From assembly GCA_008632985.1 (NCBI GenBank), contig QPGO01000162.1:124001-167570 (forward strand): a DNA stretch of 43,570 nucleotides. The letters run 5' to 3'. Source of the DNA: Psammoneis japonica. Lineage: Eukaryota. Position 1 is the first letter of the stretch, and each line of letters starts with the position of its first letter. Made by a program: the position numbers and the translations under genes. Under the pieces are notes generated by a model. That model saw only the letters and a program-made list of their open reading frames with translations. It did not search any database and was not told where the DNA came from. Below, one piece after another: positions 1 to 12,964 of the stretch.

Positions 1-607
1 TAGAGTGCGTTTTCAGGCAATGGAAGTGCCAGGAGATCCATGACACAAAGACACAAGAAGATGCATTCTGTGCCAAGCACATGGCACAAGAACCATGTCG
101 GGCAGCTCAAACAAATCATGCAACACTTGCAGCTCCTCCACATTGAATCGAGTCGTCCATTCGGCACAGTTGTCAGAGTGATCATTGATTTGTCGGTGAT
201 GTGTGGGAGAAAAGTCAATGAGACGATGCTCCTCCTCATGTGTCATGTCACCAACAGATGAATTTGCATCTGCCCAAATCTGAGCCACATTGTGACATGC
301 AAAAATGCCACCCAATGCATGCGCAAGAGCAACGCCAAAGGGGTCGTCCGCATTGCTGACTTGCTCTGGATCCAACAAACACCCATTTTCCTGATTGCCA
401 ACATCATTTGACAATCGACAGATGAACTGCAACATAACTGATGATAAATGGTCCAGAATTCTTTCCTCAGTGCAGATGCTCCTCGTGCCCAATGGCGCCA
501 GACAGTTGCACAACAGTGTTGTTAATTTGACTGTTGCCAATGTTGTGAGAAGAACTGGACAAGAATTGGCTGTTCTGAAAGCTCACAGAAAAGATGCTGA
601 GAAACCA
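1..607 (-). mobile_element. Degenerate TE-like sequence, possibly a PIF/Harbinger transposase N-terminal remnant
   Basis: TpA-depleted like the neighbouring TEs. ORF 13-540 has no Tyr, and TRFNVEELQVLHDLFELP loosely resembles Harbinger transposase N-termini. Family assignment is weak. Confidence 0.3.
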
Positions 608-2388
608 TGTAGAAATTGACAGAAAGTGGAATTCGGAAGTCGTCTAGAAGACTCTGGAGATGCAGAGATCTTTCCAGAAAGTGTCATCTTTGACACACTT
701 GACATCTCGTTGACACTCCTTGACATCCACGAATGAACACACAAATGAAGCATGGATGACCGTGACACTCGGCGCTCGCTTCCCCAATTGAGGCGTTGGA
801 AAACAGGGTGAAGACGATGGACATTAATCCGCTCAGTGACACCGGGTGAGTGCTGGATGGCAACGGTTCCATTGGCATGAACATGGACAATGCGGAAGGG
901 ACCATCTTTGGTGTTGAGTTTGCATTGGATGTCTTTGGTCATGGCAAAGACTTGATCGCTGATGTTGCAGTCACAAGTGAGACGTTTTGCATTCTCACGG
1001 AGATTGTTGCGCAAGACAATTCACTTGCAACAGGCATCAATCATTTTCCAACCAGCGAGACAAGCAGCAGAAATGACCATGTCTTGACCAAAAACGACTT
1101 GTCTGGGAGATGACATGAGGGCAGTGTGACAAGCACTGCGCAAGGCCCACACAGCAGATTGCAAAACGTTGTGGATCATGTCCTTGCCACAATCACGTGA
1201 CGGGAGATCCATTGCACGGAGAGAACTGGCAACAACTTGATGGATGCGCTCAACAAAAGCGCTGGCTTGAGGATTCTTGATCGTGGCAGGCTTCAGCTTG
1301 ACTCCACAACTGCAGAGAAGATCTGCAAACTCGGAAGTAAATTCTGGACCATTGTTGTGAACGACAAATTCTGGTCGCAGATGGCGACAGAACCATTCAC
1401 GATCGACAATGAATGAAATGTCGTCGGACGTTTTGGATGCATGAGATGCTCGACACGTTCCAGCCCTGGCCAGGTGGGACTCCGTGTGACATTGGGCCTG
1501 CAGAATTCCACGTGCGAGCTCCACAGTGCAAGAATTTAATTGATGTGTGTGTTTGTCTTAAACATCAAATAAACGGCCAAGTTTGTGGTGCAATTGTGCC
1601 TCTTGCCACTCGACGTTTTTGCAAAAGCACCTGCCCTGCGCAATTCTTAAGACATTGTAGAATCGCGCTGTGACAAAAAATGTCAAAAGTTGTTGGACGG
1701 ATCGCTCAATGAGTGCACCGTAAAATGACACAAAACTTCGCAAAAATCACGTGGAAATCTGTGTGCGCGAACATGCAACGCGATTCAAAAAACCATCGAT
1801 GTCACAGTTCAGCAGCACGAGGTCCCACCTGGACCTGGAACACGTCGCGAGTTCGATCCAGCGGGTGGCAATGTCAATCACAGAAACGGCCTTGATTTTG
1901 CAATCTACGCCATTTTTGTTGGTGCGCGTCCACGGACCGGAAAGATTGACTTGCACTGCTTGCCAAGGTTGGCAAATGGTGTCAGGAAGAGGCAACTTGC
2001 CACAATTCGCAGTCATGTGCTTGGACTTGGGACATTGTTGGCATTTGCGGACATGCGCGTGGACTTTCAACTGCATGTCGCGAATGTAAAAATGTGAGGC
2101 CAATGCATGATGCATCCGATTGGCTCCAGGATGGCAGAGAGTTTCATGACACCAGCGGAGAACAGCCGGAAAAAAAGTTGGAGAAAGGACGATCTTGTCC
2201 TTGCAAAGGACAATTTGATTTTTGTTGAATTGTTCGGCGGAACAGATGTTGGATTTGGCAAGACGTTGTTGGAGAGCCGCATCTTTTTTCTGATGTTCGG
2301 CAATGATGTCAAAAGCAACGGGGAATGTCGAAGGGTCGATTTCCAATGGCTTTCTGGATGACAACAGCATTTTTTCATGAGGTTCCAC
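608..2388 (-). mobile_element. Ty3/Gypsy LTR retrotransposon 3' fragment (degenerate integrase plus probable 3' LTR)
   Basis: Integrase motifs across broken ORFs: WCHETLCHPG...CQQC (HHCC), WQAVQVNLSGPW, HNNGPEF, KNPQASAFVERIHQ, GPFRIVHVHANGTV. Purine tract GGGGAAG (minus strand, ~779-785) precedes a TG...CA-bounded segment at 608-767. Upstream RT/RNase H is absent. Confidence 0.85.
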
Positions 2389-2800
2389 TCAAAAAGCAAG
2401 AGAATGGTTTTCCCTGTCATGCAGTCTTCTTTGAATGAGAGGAGCTTGCACAGTGCTTGGAAGCACTCTGGGTGCTTGCCAAGCCACAAGTGTGTCATTT
2501 GCAGATCTGGTGGCTGCACAATGCACGCATGGCACTGCTGTTGTTTGACTTGACACTCTCCTTGCTGCCCACTGCTGGTCCAGCCAACAAGCATGATGTT
2601 GTCCCACCTTTTTCAATGATGGTTGAAAGACATGAATTGCTGGCTCTCAAGTTGGACTTAGAGCATGGGAAGCTGGCAGAATGTTTGTTCATTGCTGTCA
2701 AACTGCAAACAAGCAATGTCTGGTTTCTTTAGAAAATGCACACATGGCAGGAGTTGACACAAGCTTTCCTGCGTGCACATCATGAGTGCCGGTGCAATGA
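2345..2800. repeat. Direct repeat copy A (~450 bp; partner at ~5760-6285)
   Basis: Shared blocks such as ccctgtcatgcagtcttctttgaatg, gcatgatgttgtcccacc and aaacaagcaatgtc occur in both copies. Boundaries approximate. Confidence 0.85.
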
Positions 2801-5759
2801 CCTGTTTGTTGGTTGTTTTGGAGCAGCAGCAGGCTTTGGCATGGCTGCACTTGCCACAGTGGGAACAGACAGCAGGGGATCCATGGCACTGCCAATTGCA
2901 TGGCAGATGGCCATCATGGTTGCTGCAAACAGAGGTCCTTGCAGTGTCAAGTTGAGCATGGTCACTGGCCAAGTTCCTTCTTCTTTTCACTCCTTGGCTC
3001 TGGTGGCTCAAGCGTCTCTGACAGCTTGGAGGACAAACATGGGGTGTTTGCTTGGCCGTGCAAAATGTGGGCTTGAATTGCTTGATGGCAGCATTTCACC
3101 AAGCATGGTTGCCCATTTGCTTCAAGAAGTGTGGAGGCCCATCTCAGCATCAGCTCTGGTGGGAAGATGCCAGCATGTTTGCAGCTCTGGTGCTTGCACT
3201 CAAAGCATTGGATGAAGCAGCATGCAGTGGTCTTGTCAGAGTTGCACAAAACTTGATCACAGTCATTGTGAGTGTGGGATGTGTTCTCCCAAGTGACAAG
3301 AGCCGCCCCCAACAAACTCAGCAGATCTCCTTGTGGCTTGTTTGCCCAAGTCAATGGGAAACTGTTGTTGGCAATGTAGCTTGATGCTGTGTTTGGTCAA
3401 TGCAGGTTCAAAGGAGAGCACACAAGGTGGCAGGTGGCAGCATGGGAAGAGGTTCAGACAGGAAATTGTCAGCAAAACTTTTGCACTCTCAGAGAAAGCA
3501 GCAAATGAAGCCAAGTGCGCACGTGCAACTCATTCATGAGCAAGTGTGGAAACACTGACAGTGTGTGCAGGTTCCAATTGTGCTTGAGAGTGCCACCCCA
3601 GCTTTAAAGAAGAAGGACGAGCTCACTTCATGAGTGCAGCACACACCAACAACTCAGTGGCATTTCTGGTTGCACATGGGATGTGGGGAAAAAAGCTGGT
3701 CAGAGGAGTGGGTGCAACAGGAGGCAAGGGCAGGGATGTCTCAGGAGCTGAGGGCATGGGTTGCACGCCAATTGGAAGAGCAAATCCAAATGCAGTGCCT
3801 CAGCTGACTGCATCATTTTTTTGAAAGTGATTCAAAGCCAGCACCACAGCTTCACAATTGGGGAAGCAATGCAAAGTGCACTCAAAAGCTGACTTGAGGT
3901 CATCAAGAGCAGACCAAAGAAGGTCATGGCAACTTGCACATGTGCAAGTGAAAAATGGTTGAAGCCATTCTTGAATTTCAGCAAGAAGTTCAAAGGTCAC
4001 AGGTTGCATTTGGGCTGGATGTTAAGAGCACCATTGACCTCAACAGATGCTGGTGTGAACACACTTGTGGCAGCAGAGCTTGAGTCTTTGGGCTCAGCAG
4101 TCAGTCTCCATCAGGCAAGCAGCATGTGTGCTGGCCAATTTGTTGCCTTGCACAGCTTTCACTGGAGTGACCATTGCTGGAAAGTGAGCTGCAGTCATCT
4201 CAGAAGAGTGTCAGCATGTGGGAAGAGCAACACTGTGGCACCGTCCCAAGTGTGGCACATGGCTGGTGCTTCCAACGTGTCTGAGAACACTGTTTCCACT
4301 GGTGCAGATGATGACAGAGCAGCAACATGGGCAGTGCTGGGGGAGAAAAGCAGCCTCTCATTGTTGCTGGTGGACCCCAAAGACATCAAGAGCAGCACAG
4401 ATGTGTTCAAGGCATGACATGGTTTGCAGTCATGAGAGCAAGCCAAGTGATGCAGCTTTCGTTTGCCCCAAAAGTGGCTGTCAACATTCAGGCAAGGACA
4501 CAGCTCAAGTCTTAGAAATGCCTTGAGGCTGGTGGGACAGAAGTGCAGAGTGCTGCTCTCTGAGCTGGGAGGCATCTTGTGAGACATGTGCTTCTCAGTG
4601 CACTTGTGATTGAAATGCTTTGGTTTGGGTTGGCTGCCACAAGAAGAGTTGTGACCCAAGGAGGGTGTGCTGGTCACAGGCCAGACAGACTGGCTTGATC
4701 ACTTTGTCAACACATGTCTCTAAAGCATCAGCATTCAACCAACTTTGACATCATGCAACAAATTGCATGGTCACAGACATTGTGCTCAGGGTCAAAAGAA
4801 ACACCAGTGCTTTCAGGAGCACTTTGGCAACAGCACATGCAATTTGTTAAAAAAGGGTGCTGCAGTGGGGTCCTTGACTGCACCAACACACACATTCAAA
4901 CCCTCCTTGGTTTCATGGTTAAAAAGGTTGATGTTCTGGGTGGTGATGCCAAGACACTTGTAGAGAGCAGAGTGCAGAGAGCAAAGTGCATGTTGTCAAT
5001 GACTTGACAATGACAGATTTCTTTGGGAGTCAGCAGAGCAGGAGGGGCCAAGGCACCACACAATTGGCCTCAAAGGCATCACAAAGAATGGCACTGTCAT
5101 TGCAATGATGATGGTTGCCAGAGAGTTCTTTGGGGTGTGGAAATGAGGTTTCCCAGTGAATGAGAACTTGGCCTTGGACTTGGTGAGACCATTGGCAGAA
5201 CCAAAATGGTGATCAGCACATGAAGACACAGCATCATGATGAGAGGGCCAGAGCACATGAGGGTTCATGAAACAAGGCAATGTCTTTTTTGTTTGCCAAG
5301 TGCAAACTGGCATGCTGGCTGGACATCCTGGCATTGGCATCATGACAAAGATTGCTGGCAGCAAGGATCAGCCTTCTTGTCAGCAGCAACAGCTGTCCAG
5401 CCACGGCCGGGCCTTGGCATCATTGCTCAAAGTTGACAAAGAATCACATGCTCTTTGTGAGCTGCAGGAGCCATGGAAGTAAAAAATGCAGTCTCAACAG
5501 ACCAAACCAGAAGTGTTGCAACTGTTGCAACCACAACAGGAAACAAGAGCAAAGCGGGTCTCAGACTGAGGTGACCAAGTTTCGTGCCGACAGGCAAGAC
5601 ACAAAGCTTCTGGAGCAAGCCAGAGAAAGTCAATGCTGATCGCAAAAGAGATGTTTCAGATGTTGCAAGAAGGTCAGTGCAGTCTCTGATCAGACAGTGT
5701 GGTTGACAGCATGTTGGAGAGCAAGGAGTCTCCCCGATCTAAAAGCTCAGTCTCGGCTG
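2801..5759. mobile_element. Highly decayed repeat-derived sequence between the direct repeats (family unrecognised)
   Basis: Almost no TpA or CpG over ~3 kb, very TG/CA-rich, only short Cys/His-rich ORFs, flanked by direct repeats. Confidence 0.45.
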
Positions 5760-6285
5760 GTTTCCTTCTGGATGCAACACAATGACATTCGTTCATCATG
5801 AGGCTCCCCACACAAAAATCAAGAGAATCGCTGGTTGTCCCCTGTCATGCAGTCTTCTTTGAATGTGAGGAGCTTGTGAAGTGTTCGGAAGCACTCTGGG
5901 CACTTGCTGTGGCAGCTGCGAGTGTGTCATTTGAGGGTTTGGCATGCTGCGTGCCGGCAGGGTGCACTGTTGCTGTTTTGTTTGACTTGACACCATTCTT
6001 CTTGCTCTGTCCACTGCTGGTCCAGCCAACAATGCATGATGTTGTCCCACCATTTTCAATGATGCTTGAAAGATCCGAATTGCAAGCTCCTCAAGTCGGA
6101 CTTCGAACATGAGAAGCTGGCAGTTTACATGCACACCTGCAAACACTGTGAAGTCATCCGAATGCGCATTCGTCGCTCAAACAAGCAATGTCCGGGTTAT
6201 TTAGAAGATGCGTACGTGGCGTGAGTCGACGTACGAGCTTTCCCGCCGCGTGCACTTCCTTGGGGCGGCGGGGAGGTGCAATGAG
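5760..6285. repeat. Direct repeat copy B, ending ~50 bp upstream of the DUF1118-like gene
   Basis: Aligns to 2345-2800. The gene-proximal end keeps CpG/TpA (gcgtacgtggcg versus gcacacatggca in copy A). Confidence 0.85.
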
Positions 6286-6335
6286 ATGCTCTAAGCTTGG
6301 TCGTTCACAACCAGCGAAACGGGCTTTGGCTGACA

Positions 6336-7101
6336 ATGAAGCCGCAACTATTTCTTCTAGCAGCCACAGGCGTTCTGGCATCTGCCTACGTCGCCCCTCA
6401 TGTCAAGAGCTTCACAAGCCGCCACCCTACGAAACTCCACGAGAGTTTCGGACTCGACTTTGCTGAGGATTCTTACGAGAACATGGACGAGCTTCTCCTT
6501 GGAGAAGCCAACTACAAGCAGTGGGTAAACCGAGTGGGTGATAACGCCTTTTTGAACCGACAGGTGCGTGAATAAGAATAAATTAGGGTTGCAAAATGAT
6601 GCGTTTTGCCGTCCTGACTCCTACAGCTAACATTCGCATTGTCTGATGTTGTGCTTCGCTTTTTTCCAGTACAACGTCATTCGTCGTGTTCGCGAAAAGG
6701 ACCTTCTTGGGCAGACTGCGGAAGCCGGCGTTCTATCCAAACTAGAAGCCCAGGGCTTGGATCTCGAAACTCTCGAAGAGCTCTTGCCAACAATTGAAAA
6801 GCTGGGCTTGCTCAGCTTGGTTGCCAATAACCAGCAGCTACTGGTCAATGGAGTTGCACCTCTTTTGGTGGAACCCGCGCCTCTGTTGTTGCCCGTTCTC
6901 GCTGGTGCCATTGGTGCTGGCCCAATTGGATTTTTCGCACCTGCTGCTCTTTGTGCTGGACTGGAGGCGTTCTTCATCGCGAATGATGTCGAGTTGCCGC
7001 TTATTGGCCTCCCAGCAGCTGGTGCCCTTGGTTTGATTCTTGTCCCCTTGACTGTCGTGCTTGCTGGAGTAGGAGTGACTCTTAGTGGCCTCAAGAAGTA
7101 A
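6336..7101 (+). CDS. Plastid-targeted DUF1118-like membrane protein (exons 6336-6563, 6670-7101)
   Basis: Signal peptide followed by ASAYVAP (ASAF-like). In-frame GT-AG intron at 6564-6669. LLGQTAEAGVLSKLE...IEKLGLLSL resembles DUF1118. Hydrophobic C-terminus. Confidence 0.8.
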
Positions 7102-7140
7102 GCACTAAGTACCCGAATATCCCAACATCGCTTCACAAAA

Positions 7141-7340
7141 CTACTCTAGTTACTCATGTACTAATCTAATTCGTAGGGCTACACCGTAAACATATGTTGT
7201 TATGCAGACTGGTTGAAGCAAAGAAGTACTTTTGTGGTGCCTCAAAGTAGAACCCCCCCTTCAAAAGGACATGGGAGGTAGACTCTAGCTAGGTTCTCTC
7301 TACTCTACAAATAGGTAGGGTCCTCTACTCGAGAGAGACA
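7141..7340. repeat. Intergenic low-complexity CTAG/TCTA/TAGA-rich tract
   Basis: For example ctactctagt and gtagactctagctaggttctctctactctac. Confidence 0.5.
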
Positions 7341-7565
7341 GTCTCGTCTGCTTTTGCTCATTTTAGGCATCCTGTGACGAGTACAACGCACGCACCTACC
7401 TACCTCACTCCTCAGCCAACCGCCGTCGATCGACGGACATGACAGCACAGCGTCGAAAGATTTGTTGTTGAAGTTGAAAGAAGAATATAACTTTTTATGC
7501 GATCCTGTATATATATAATTATAGCAGTACCCGCTACCCAAACCTCCCGCTTTTGCTTTCGCACC

Positions 7566-8219
7566 ATGACGACGGATGCCCGCTGCGATGGAGAAGCAGT
7601 TGTTTGTCCGAAATTTTTGCAGTTAGTATTGTTTGGTAGACCTGGAGCTGGAAAGACAACCATTGCAAACAAAATCAAAGAAAATGCTGCCTTGGAAAAA
7701 GCTGCGAGGAAGATTGTGTTGAAAACTCTTGATTTAGATGTCTGCATACCTCCATGGATGAAAGACAATTTTCAAAGGGGCGTTTATCCTACTCTGGAAG
7801 AACGGAAAAAGTTTGCTCTGGAATGCTGCGACTTCGTTGATTCGGAAGTTGCCACTCAGAAACGAGAAAGAACTTATCAATCTTTTCAAAGAAACGCTAT
7901 CATGTTATTCATTGTTTCGTTTTCATTTGTAAACAGGGATCTGCGTGACATATATCGAGCCCGATTCCCAGACGCTGTTTGGATTCTCGTTGATACGCCG
8001 GAGGACACAGCAGCCGTACGAATTAAGCAACGCGAGGATCATTTCTACAAAATAGCTGATGCCGCCGAAGTTGAACCGAAAGATAATCTTCATGTGGACA
8101 ACAGTGAATGGAATTTTGCCCCGGTTACCTTTCCTCACATTGCATTGGATGGAAACGACAAACCAGAGAATAATGCAGAAAGGGTGCTAGACGCTGTCGC
8201 ACTGGAGATAGAACGGTAG
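7566..8219 (+). CDS. Gluconokinase/shikimate-kinase-like P-loop kinase
   Basis: Walker A GRPGAGKTT, LDLD, and a RIKQREDHF lid motif resembling gluconokinases. Confidence 0.75.
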   Translation: MTTDARCDGEAVVCPKFLQLVLFGRPGAGKTTIANKIKENAALEKAARKIVLKTLDLDVCIPPWMKDNFQRGVYPTLEERKKFALECCDFVDSEVATQKRERTYQSFQRNAIMLFIVSFSFVNRDLRDIYRARFPDAVWILVDTPEDTAAVRIKQREDHFYKIADAAEVEPKDNLHVDNSEWNFAPVTFPHIALDGNDKPENNAERVLDAVALEIER

Positions 8220-8363
8220 CCGCTATTCAACTCATAAAGAAGCATCCGACGTCGGCCCTACGGAGCTGAAACACCTGTCTCGATGACTCTGTGTAAGATT
8301 GTCGCTATTTTTCTCCTACTTTTGACTCCCTCTCTTCGAAACGTTTCTCCCTCAGTTAAGTAG

Positions 8364-9492
8364 TTATTGCATGACGTTGTTCTTGTCAATAAAGGAAACT
8401 ATCCGGTCTCTTATTTCCTCCACAATGCTTACCAAGTCTGCATCTACATGTGGTACCTTTTGGAATCCCTCCAAAGCTTCGTCGGCGAGATCCAATAAGT
8501 CCTTGGCAAATCCAACTCCGCGAACCATGAGTCCCGCCTCCAAAACAGCCAAACGTTCTTCTTTGCTTGTATAGCCCAGCAGTTGTCCCAAAACCAAGGC
8601 GCCTTCTCCAAGATCCTGTTTAGTAGAGGGAGTTGAATATTGTCAGTAGTCGCGAACATACCTATTCTTTGTTATTCACTGGCTTACTTACCGTTCCAAT
8701 TTCTTCTAACACTCGTGTTTGAATAACTCGAAGTATCTCTAACAGTTTGGCGCTTTGAGGAGTCATCTTTGGTGCTGAGGCAATACGCTCGCACTCCCCC
8801 TCCAAATGTCTCAGAAATCCTGCTGTAAAGTTCGGCTTCTCCTCTTGTAGGAGATGATTCAACTCGTCTTCGATACGGTTTTTTCTTGCTATTGTGCTCA
8901 ACTTGGAAAGATCGTCCCTATCGTCGTCGTCCTCGGAAATGGTGTTGTATTTCGTCATGCACTTGATGATTTTGCCGAGCAACTTCTTGTTTGCGTCGTC
9001 CATTGATTGCGCCTGCCCGACAAACTCTTCACAAAAGGACAGGATAAAATCAATCGCCTCCATAACGGTTTGCTCGTTTTTGGCTTTTGCTTCCTTCACG
9101 ATCTCGGAAATGATATCTGTACCTTCATGACCTACTTGCATAGAAAATAACAGGTCCATGTTCTGCGTCATAATTCTGGGCAAGTATTCAGGGTTACTTT
9201 TTGAATCCACCACTTGTTCAACCAACTTTCTAAAGTCTTTCTGTAGTCTTGTGAGTCTAGCTTTGTCCAATCGTTCCAATTCTGCGATTTCATCCTCTTT
9301 GTTCAAATCGCTGCTCCTACCATCCGCTGGGCCATAGCGAGCAACCATTTTCAAGACTGCATCACTGTCTTTCCGCTCCAGTGCCCAACCGACTTTTTTG
9401 ATCGTGGCGAGCTGAAAAGGTACAAGAAACGAATCGGCCGTCAATAGGAGCAGCACACCCAGCATGCAGGATACCCTCACACAATATCTCAT
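8364..9492 (-). CDS. Hypothetical helical protein, probably plastid-targeted (exons 9492-8692, 8615-8364)
   Basis: Signal peptide plus ADSFLVP. A GTAAGT...CAG intron at 8691-8616 joins the 276-aa and 77-aa ORFs in frame. Confidence 0.75.
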
Positions 9493-9779
9493 TTAAATAA
9501 CATGTACATGTATCTTCGATGGGATCGTTGATGCATTGAGTGATGCGATTGCGATTTTGGATTTTGGAATTTGCAGATGGCAGATGGATGGAGGTGATGG
9601 GACGGTGGGACGGGCAGGCGACGCAACATGACTTTGTTCGACTCACTCGACTGACGATGCTTGACCCGATGATGAGATTGCAGATAGATGGCAATGGAAT
9701 TGACGCAGGAAAACGATGGTTTGGATTGTGTCCAGCCATGGCAGCAGCAGGAGCTGTGTATGCATTTGTGGTTCTCTGG

Positions 9780-10880
9780 CATTGACATTGATGGCTGCAT
9801 TGAACATTTTCTTGGAGCTGTGGTTGAAGTGTGCGCGACAACACCTGTTGGTGCACAAAAGCAACCTCAGCACTGAAGAAATGTTTGGTCTTTTGGGGCA
9901 CAGGAACAGTCATTGGGGCACTCTGTACTCTGTGGACACAAACTGCTGTCTTCCTTGCTGGCAGTTCATGAGGTACCTCACTGAGATTTGTCAATGCCAG
10001 CACCCCCAGCCACCCTCTCTCACTTGAGAGCCAAAACTCATTCTTTTTTTTTTGTTCTGGAGGGAGGAACTCATCATTTGTCTCTTCCATGACAATGATG
10101 ACTTGACAAAGAATGTTGTCAAAGCACATTGGAGTGAACAAGAGTGCACTCTGTCGAAGCATGCAAAGCGAAACAAATGATCAGCGTCAAAAGCTGCTGA
10201 GCTCTCTGTCATCATCACTGGTGATCACAAAGTGCAAGCAAGCCCAGTGACCCACACACCCTGCACTCCTTGTCCCTGCAGGACTCTTGCTCTTCAATTC
10301 AAAAACAACTGCAGCTTTGAAATGTACGTGCGCTCCAGAGGAGTGCAACGAGGTGGTACAAACATGATGTGTGCACACGGAGGTCAATGAAAAAATGCCC
10401 TCCACACATTTGGTTGTCCTCACACACACTCACCACTCACCTTTTTTGAGACAAGATGGTCATCAATGGCAAACTCTGTGGTTGCATGGAATTTGAGTTG
10501 AACTCTGTGTGGACAAATGACTGGATTGGCAGAAAATTGCCAAAAAGGGCAACAAGATGGTGAGCCAGCAGAAGGCATTGCTGCCAGTTGTTGGTCAGTG
10601 CTGTGAAATGTTGCTTGTCACACTGAGACAGTGCAGTGCCATTGGCACAAGAATTGGCCACTCAAAATGGGCTTGTGAGACCCAGCAGCATGCCATTGGA
10701 GAGTTGGGGGCATCAGCACCAGAGGGTGCACAGAAACACATGCAGGACTGAGAGCAAGTCTGCAGTTGTTGGGTGATGACGCTTCCAAATAAAGTGGCGT
10801 GGGTGATGCAAGAGTGGCTCAAGTCTTGAAGGTTCCATTTCTTCCTCATTTGCCCCCATTGTGTCGAGTGGAGCTGTTCC
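9780..10880. mobile_element. Isolated TpA/CpG-depleted island, probable decayed TE remnant
   Basis: Only about 5 TpA in ~1.1 kb between normal genes. No coherent ORF and no termini recognised. Confidence 0.5.
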
Positions 10881-11242
10881 TGCAAGTAACAACCCTCAAA
10901 CCTTGAGATTTTCCCCGCAATTTCGACTGGAGATGGTGTTGGAAGATGCATGATTCGCTGCAATGACCGCGTGGCGGCCAAAGGGAGGAGGGAGCAGAGT
11001 GAAACTGGCGGAATCTGGTTCAGACGCAGACTTATGGGTGTTGAACGCACGAGATGGCGAGGCGAATCTCGAGGTGACTGGCAAAGCCGGCTAATTACGC
11101 ATTAATGAAAATGTCATTGGTGATCCCGTTTTCAGAGGGAGATTTGATTGCCGGTCGATTGCTAATGACACGTGGTTGACATCAAAATCTATTGTGGCTT
11201 ACGATTTATTCCATTTCCTCGGCATTATCGTCAACATTCTTT

Positions 11243-12964
11243 TCAGTCTTTGATTGGATCATGAATCCAAAGATTGCTCAGCCACTTTTCTCCCTTTTTG
11301 ATGGGAAGCGCCGCATGCTGCGAATGGTCATCGAGGTTGCCGTCCGGATTCACCATGTAAAAGATGACTGCCTTTCCCTTCTTCGGAATAACATCGAAGC
11401 TACCATTGCTCTCGGCACTTCTTGGCCGAGGAAACGAGGTTTCGCCTCCTTCCATACCTTCGTTCAGGTACATTAGAACGTTGATTGATCGTGATGGACT
11501 ATTGGGAGTTTTGTTATCGGGATACCCAAAGTCATGATGGGCAGTGTATTGTTCGCCTGTACAAGAGAAAACAAGACGGGTTAGTGCCTGTCATGATCAC
11601 CATTAAGAAGCTCTGCCTTTCTCACGCGACGGTTGTAACTCACCAACATCATAGTGGACAAGCTGCATGTCTTCTGAAATGGGTTGGTTCGTGCCAAGTT
11701 CCGGGTATTCATCAGCATGCCTGTGTCGCAGCAAGGCCTCGTCCAACCGAAGGATATCTGCCACACGGCGATAAATTGCATCTGTAACGGGAGAACTGTA
11801 GCGCCCGATCCAGGTGTTTTTGGACGTCCTTGTATCCACGTCGGCCTTTGGAGATCCGCTTTCACCTGTCGTTGATAGATGTAGAGTCTTCTGTCCGACA
11901 AGGTCAAGAATGTGGTCGACTTCAGTCTCTGAGAGGAAATTTGGAATCTCAAAAGCTCTTGGTGCGCACGACACTGTCTTGAGCGTAAAATTCATAGTAG
12001 GCTCTGCGGCACGATATTCTTTCAGGGCAATATCGCTAGTTTCATTTCGACGTAGCTCCTCCATCTTCACCTTTGGCAGGTCTTGAGGTGGTGGCATTCT
12101 GACAAATTGCGTTTCCTTTGTGGAAACAACGTGCTCCTGTCCGAGGTAGTCGGCGCGCCAAATCTTGTGACGGGGAGGGTCACGAGGATACATGGTAAGC
12201 CACTCTTGTCCCGTAAAGTCACGGTAATCCTTGGCGAACTGAAGGTTTAGCCGATGGGCACTGTACATTTCGAGGTCTTCAGGACTTAGTTCCTCAAGAG
12301 AGCGACGCTGAGACTCTTGCTCTTCCGAAACACAACGCGCTGGCTCATTTCCATCAGTAAATGGATCATAAAAATACGCGGAGGTGCCTTGGACCATGGT
12401 GAAGTGACAAATCGCGTCGTTCGGACTAGAGGGCCTTGAAAAGAAGAATTTGTGACCGGGGAATGTTGATGTTCCACATGACTCCCACGGACCGCAATGT
12501 GAAATAAATCGTCCTTCTCCAGCCCTACCCGAGTCCCAATACAGGTGAAGTACTTCGGGAGACATATTGGTGAACTTCCCGCCCTGGCCCGTGAACTTTG
12601 GTGTCAGCTCGACGCGGGTTCCAGGAGCCTCCCGGTAGAAAGTGGCAATGTCTGGATTGACGTATGCTTTGAAGTCGTAGCCTGGCATCTTGTGTAAATT
12701 GGGGTCCTCCTCCTCGTCATCCTCGTTATTCAGTAGAACGTTGGGAGATGACTGAGCAATATCTTCCGCAAAAGAAGCAACGCAGAGCCCGTCGCTACCA
12801 CCCGTGGCATCTCCAGCACAGAGGTGATTGACGTTGACTGCTTCTTGGAGTGCAGGAATGTCTTGAGCCTTCACCGCGCTGTTCTTTTTGAAGGTGAGGG
12901 ACAGAATCAAGTTGAAAAGAGTGGCCGCAAGCGGCAAGAGTAGAAACTTGTAGCCGCTCGTCAT
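11243..12964 (-). CDS. Prolyl 4-hydroxylase alpha-type 2OG-Fe(II) dioxygenase (exons 12964-11644, 11556-11243)
   Basis: N-terminal signal/anchor; PRAFEIPNFLS, RTS, EDMQLVHY, spliced GEQYTAHHDF (HxD), LMYLN..EGGETSFP, HAALP..GEKW. Confidence 0.92.

Noticed and set aside
1..6200. Alternative genetic code or genuine Cys/His-rich metalloprotein genes
   Set aside because: Neighbouring host genes use the standard code with normal Tyr. These ORFs are by-products of TG/CA enrichment and stop loss.
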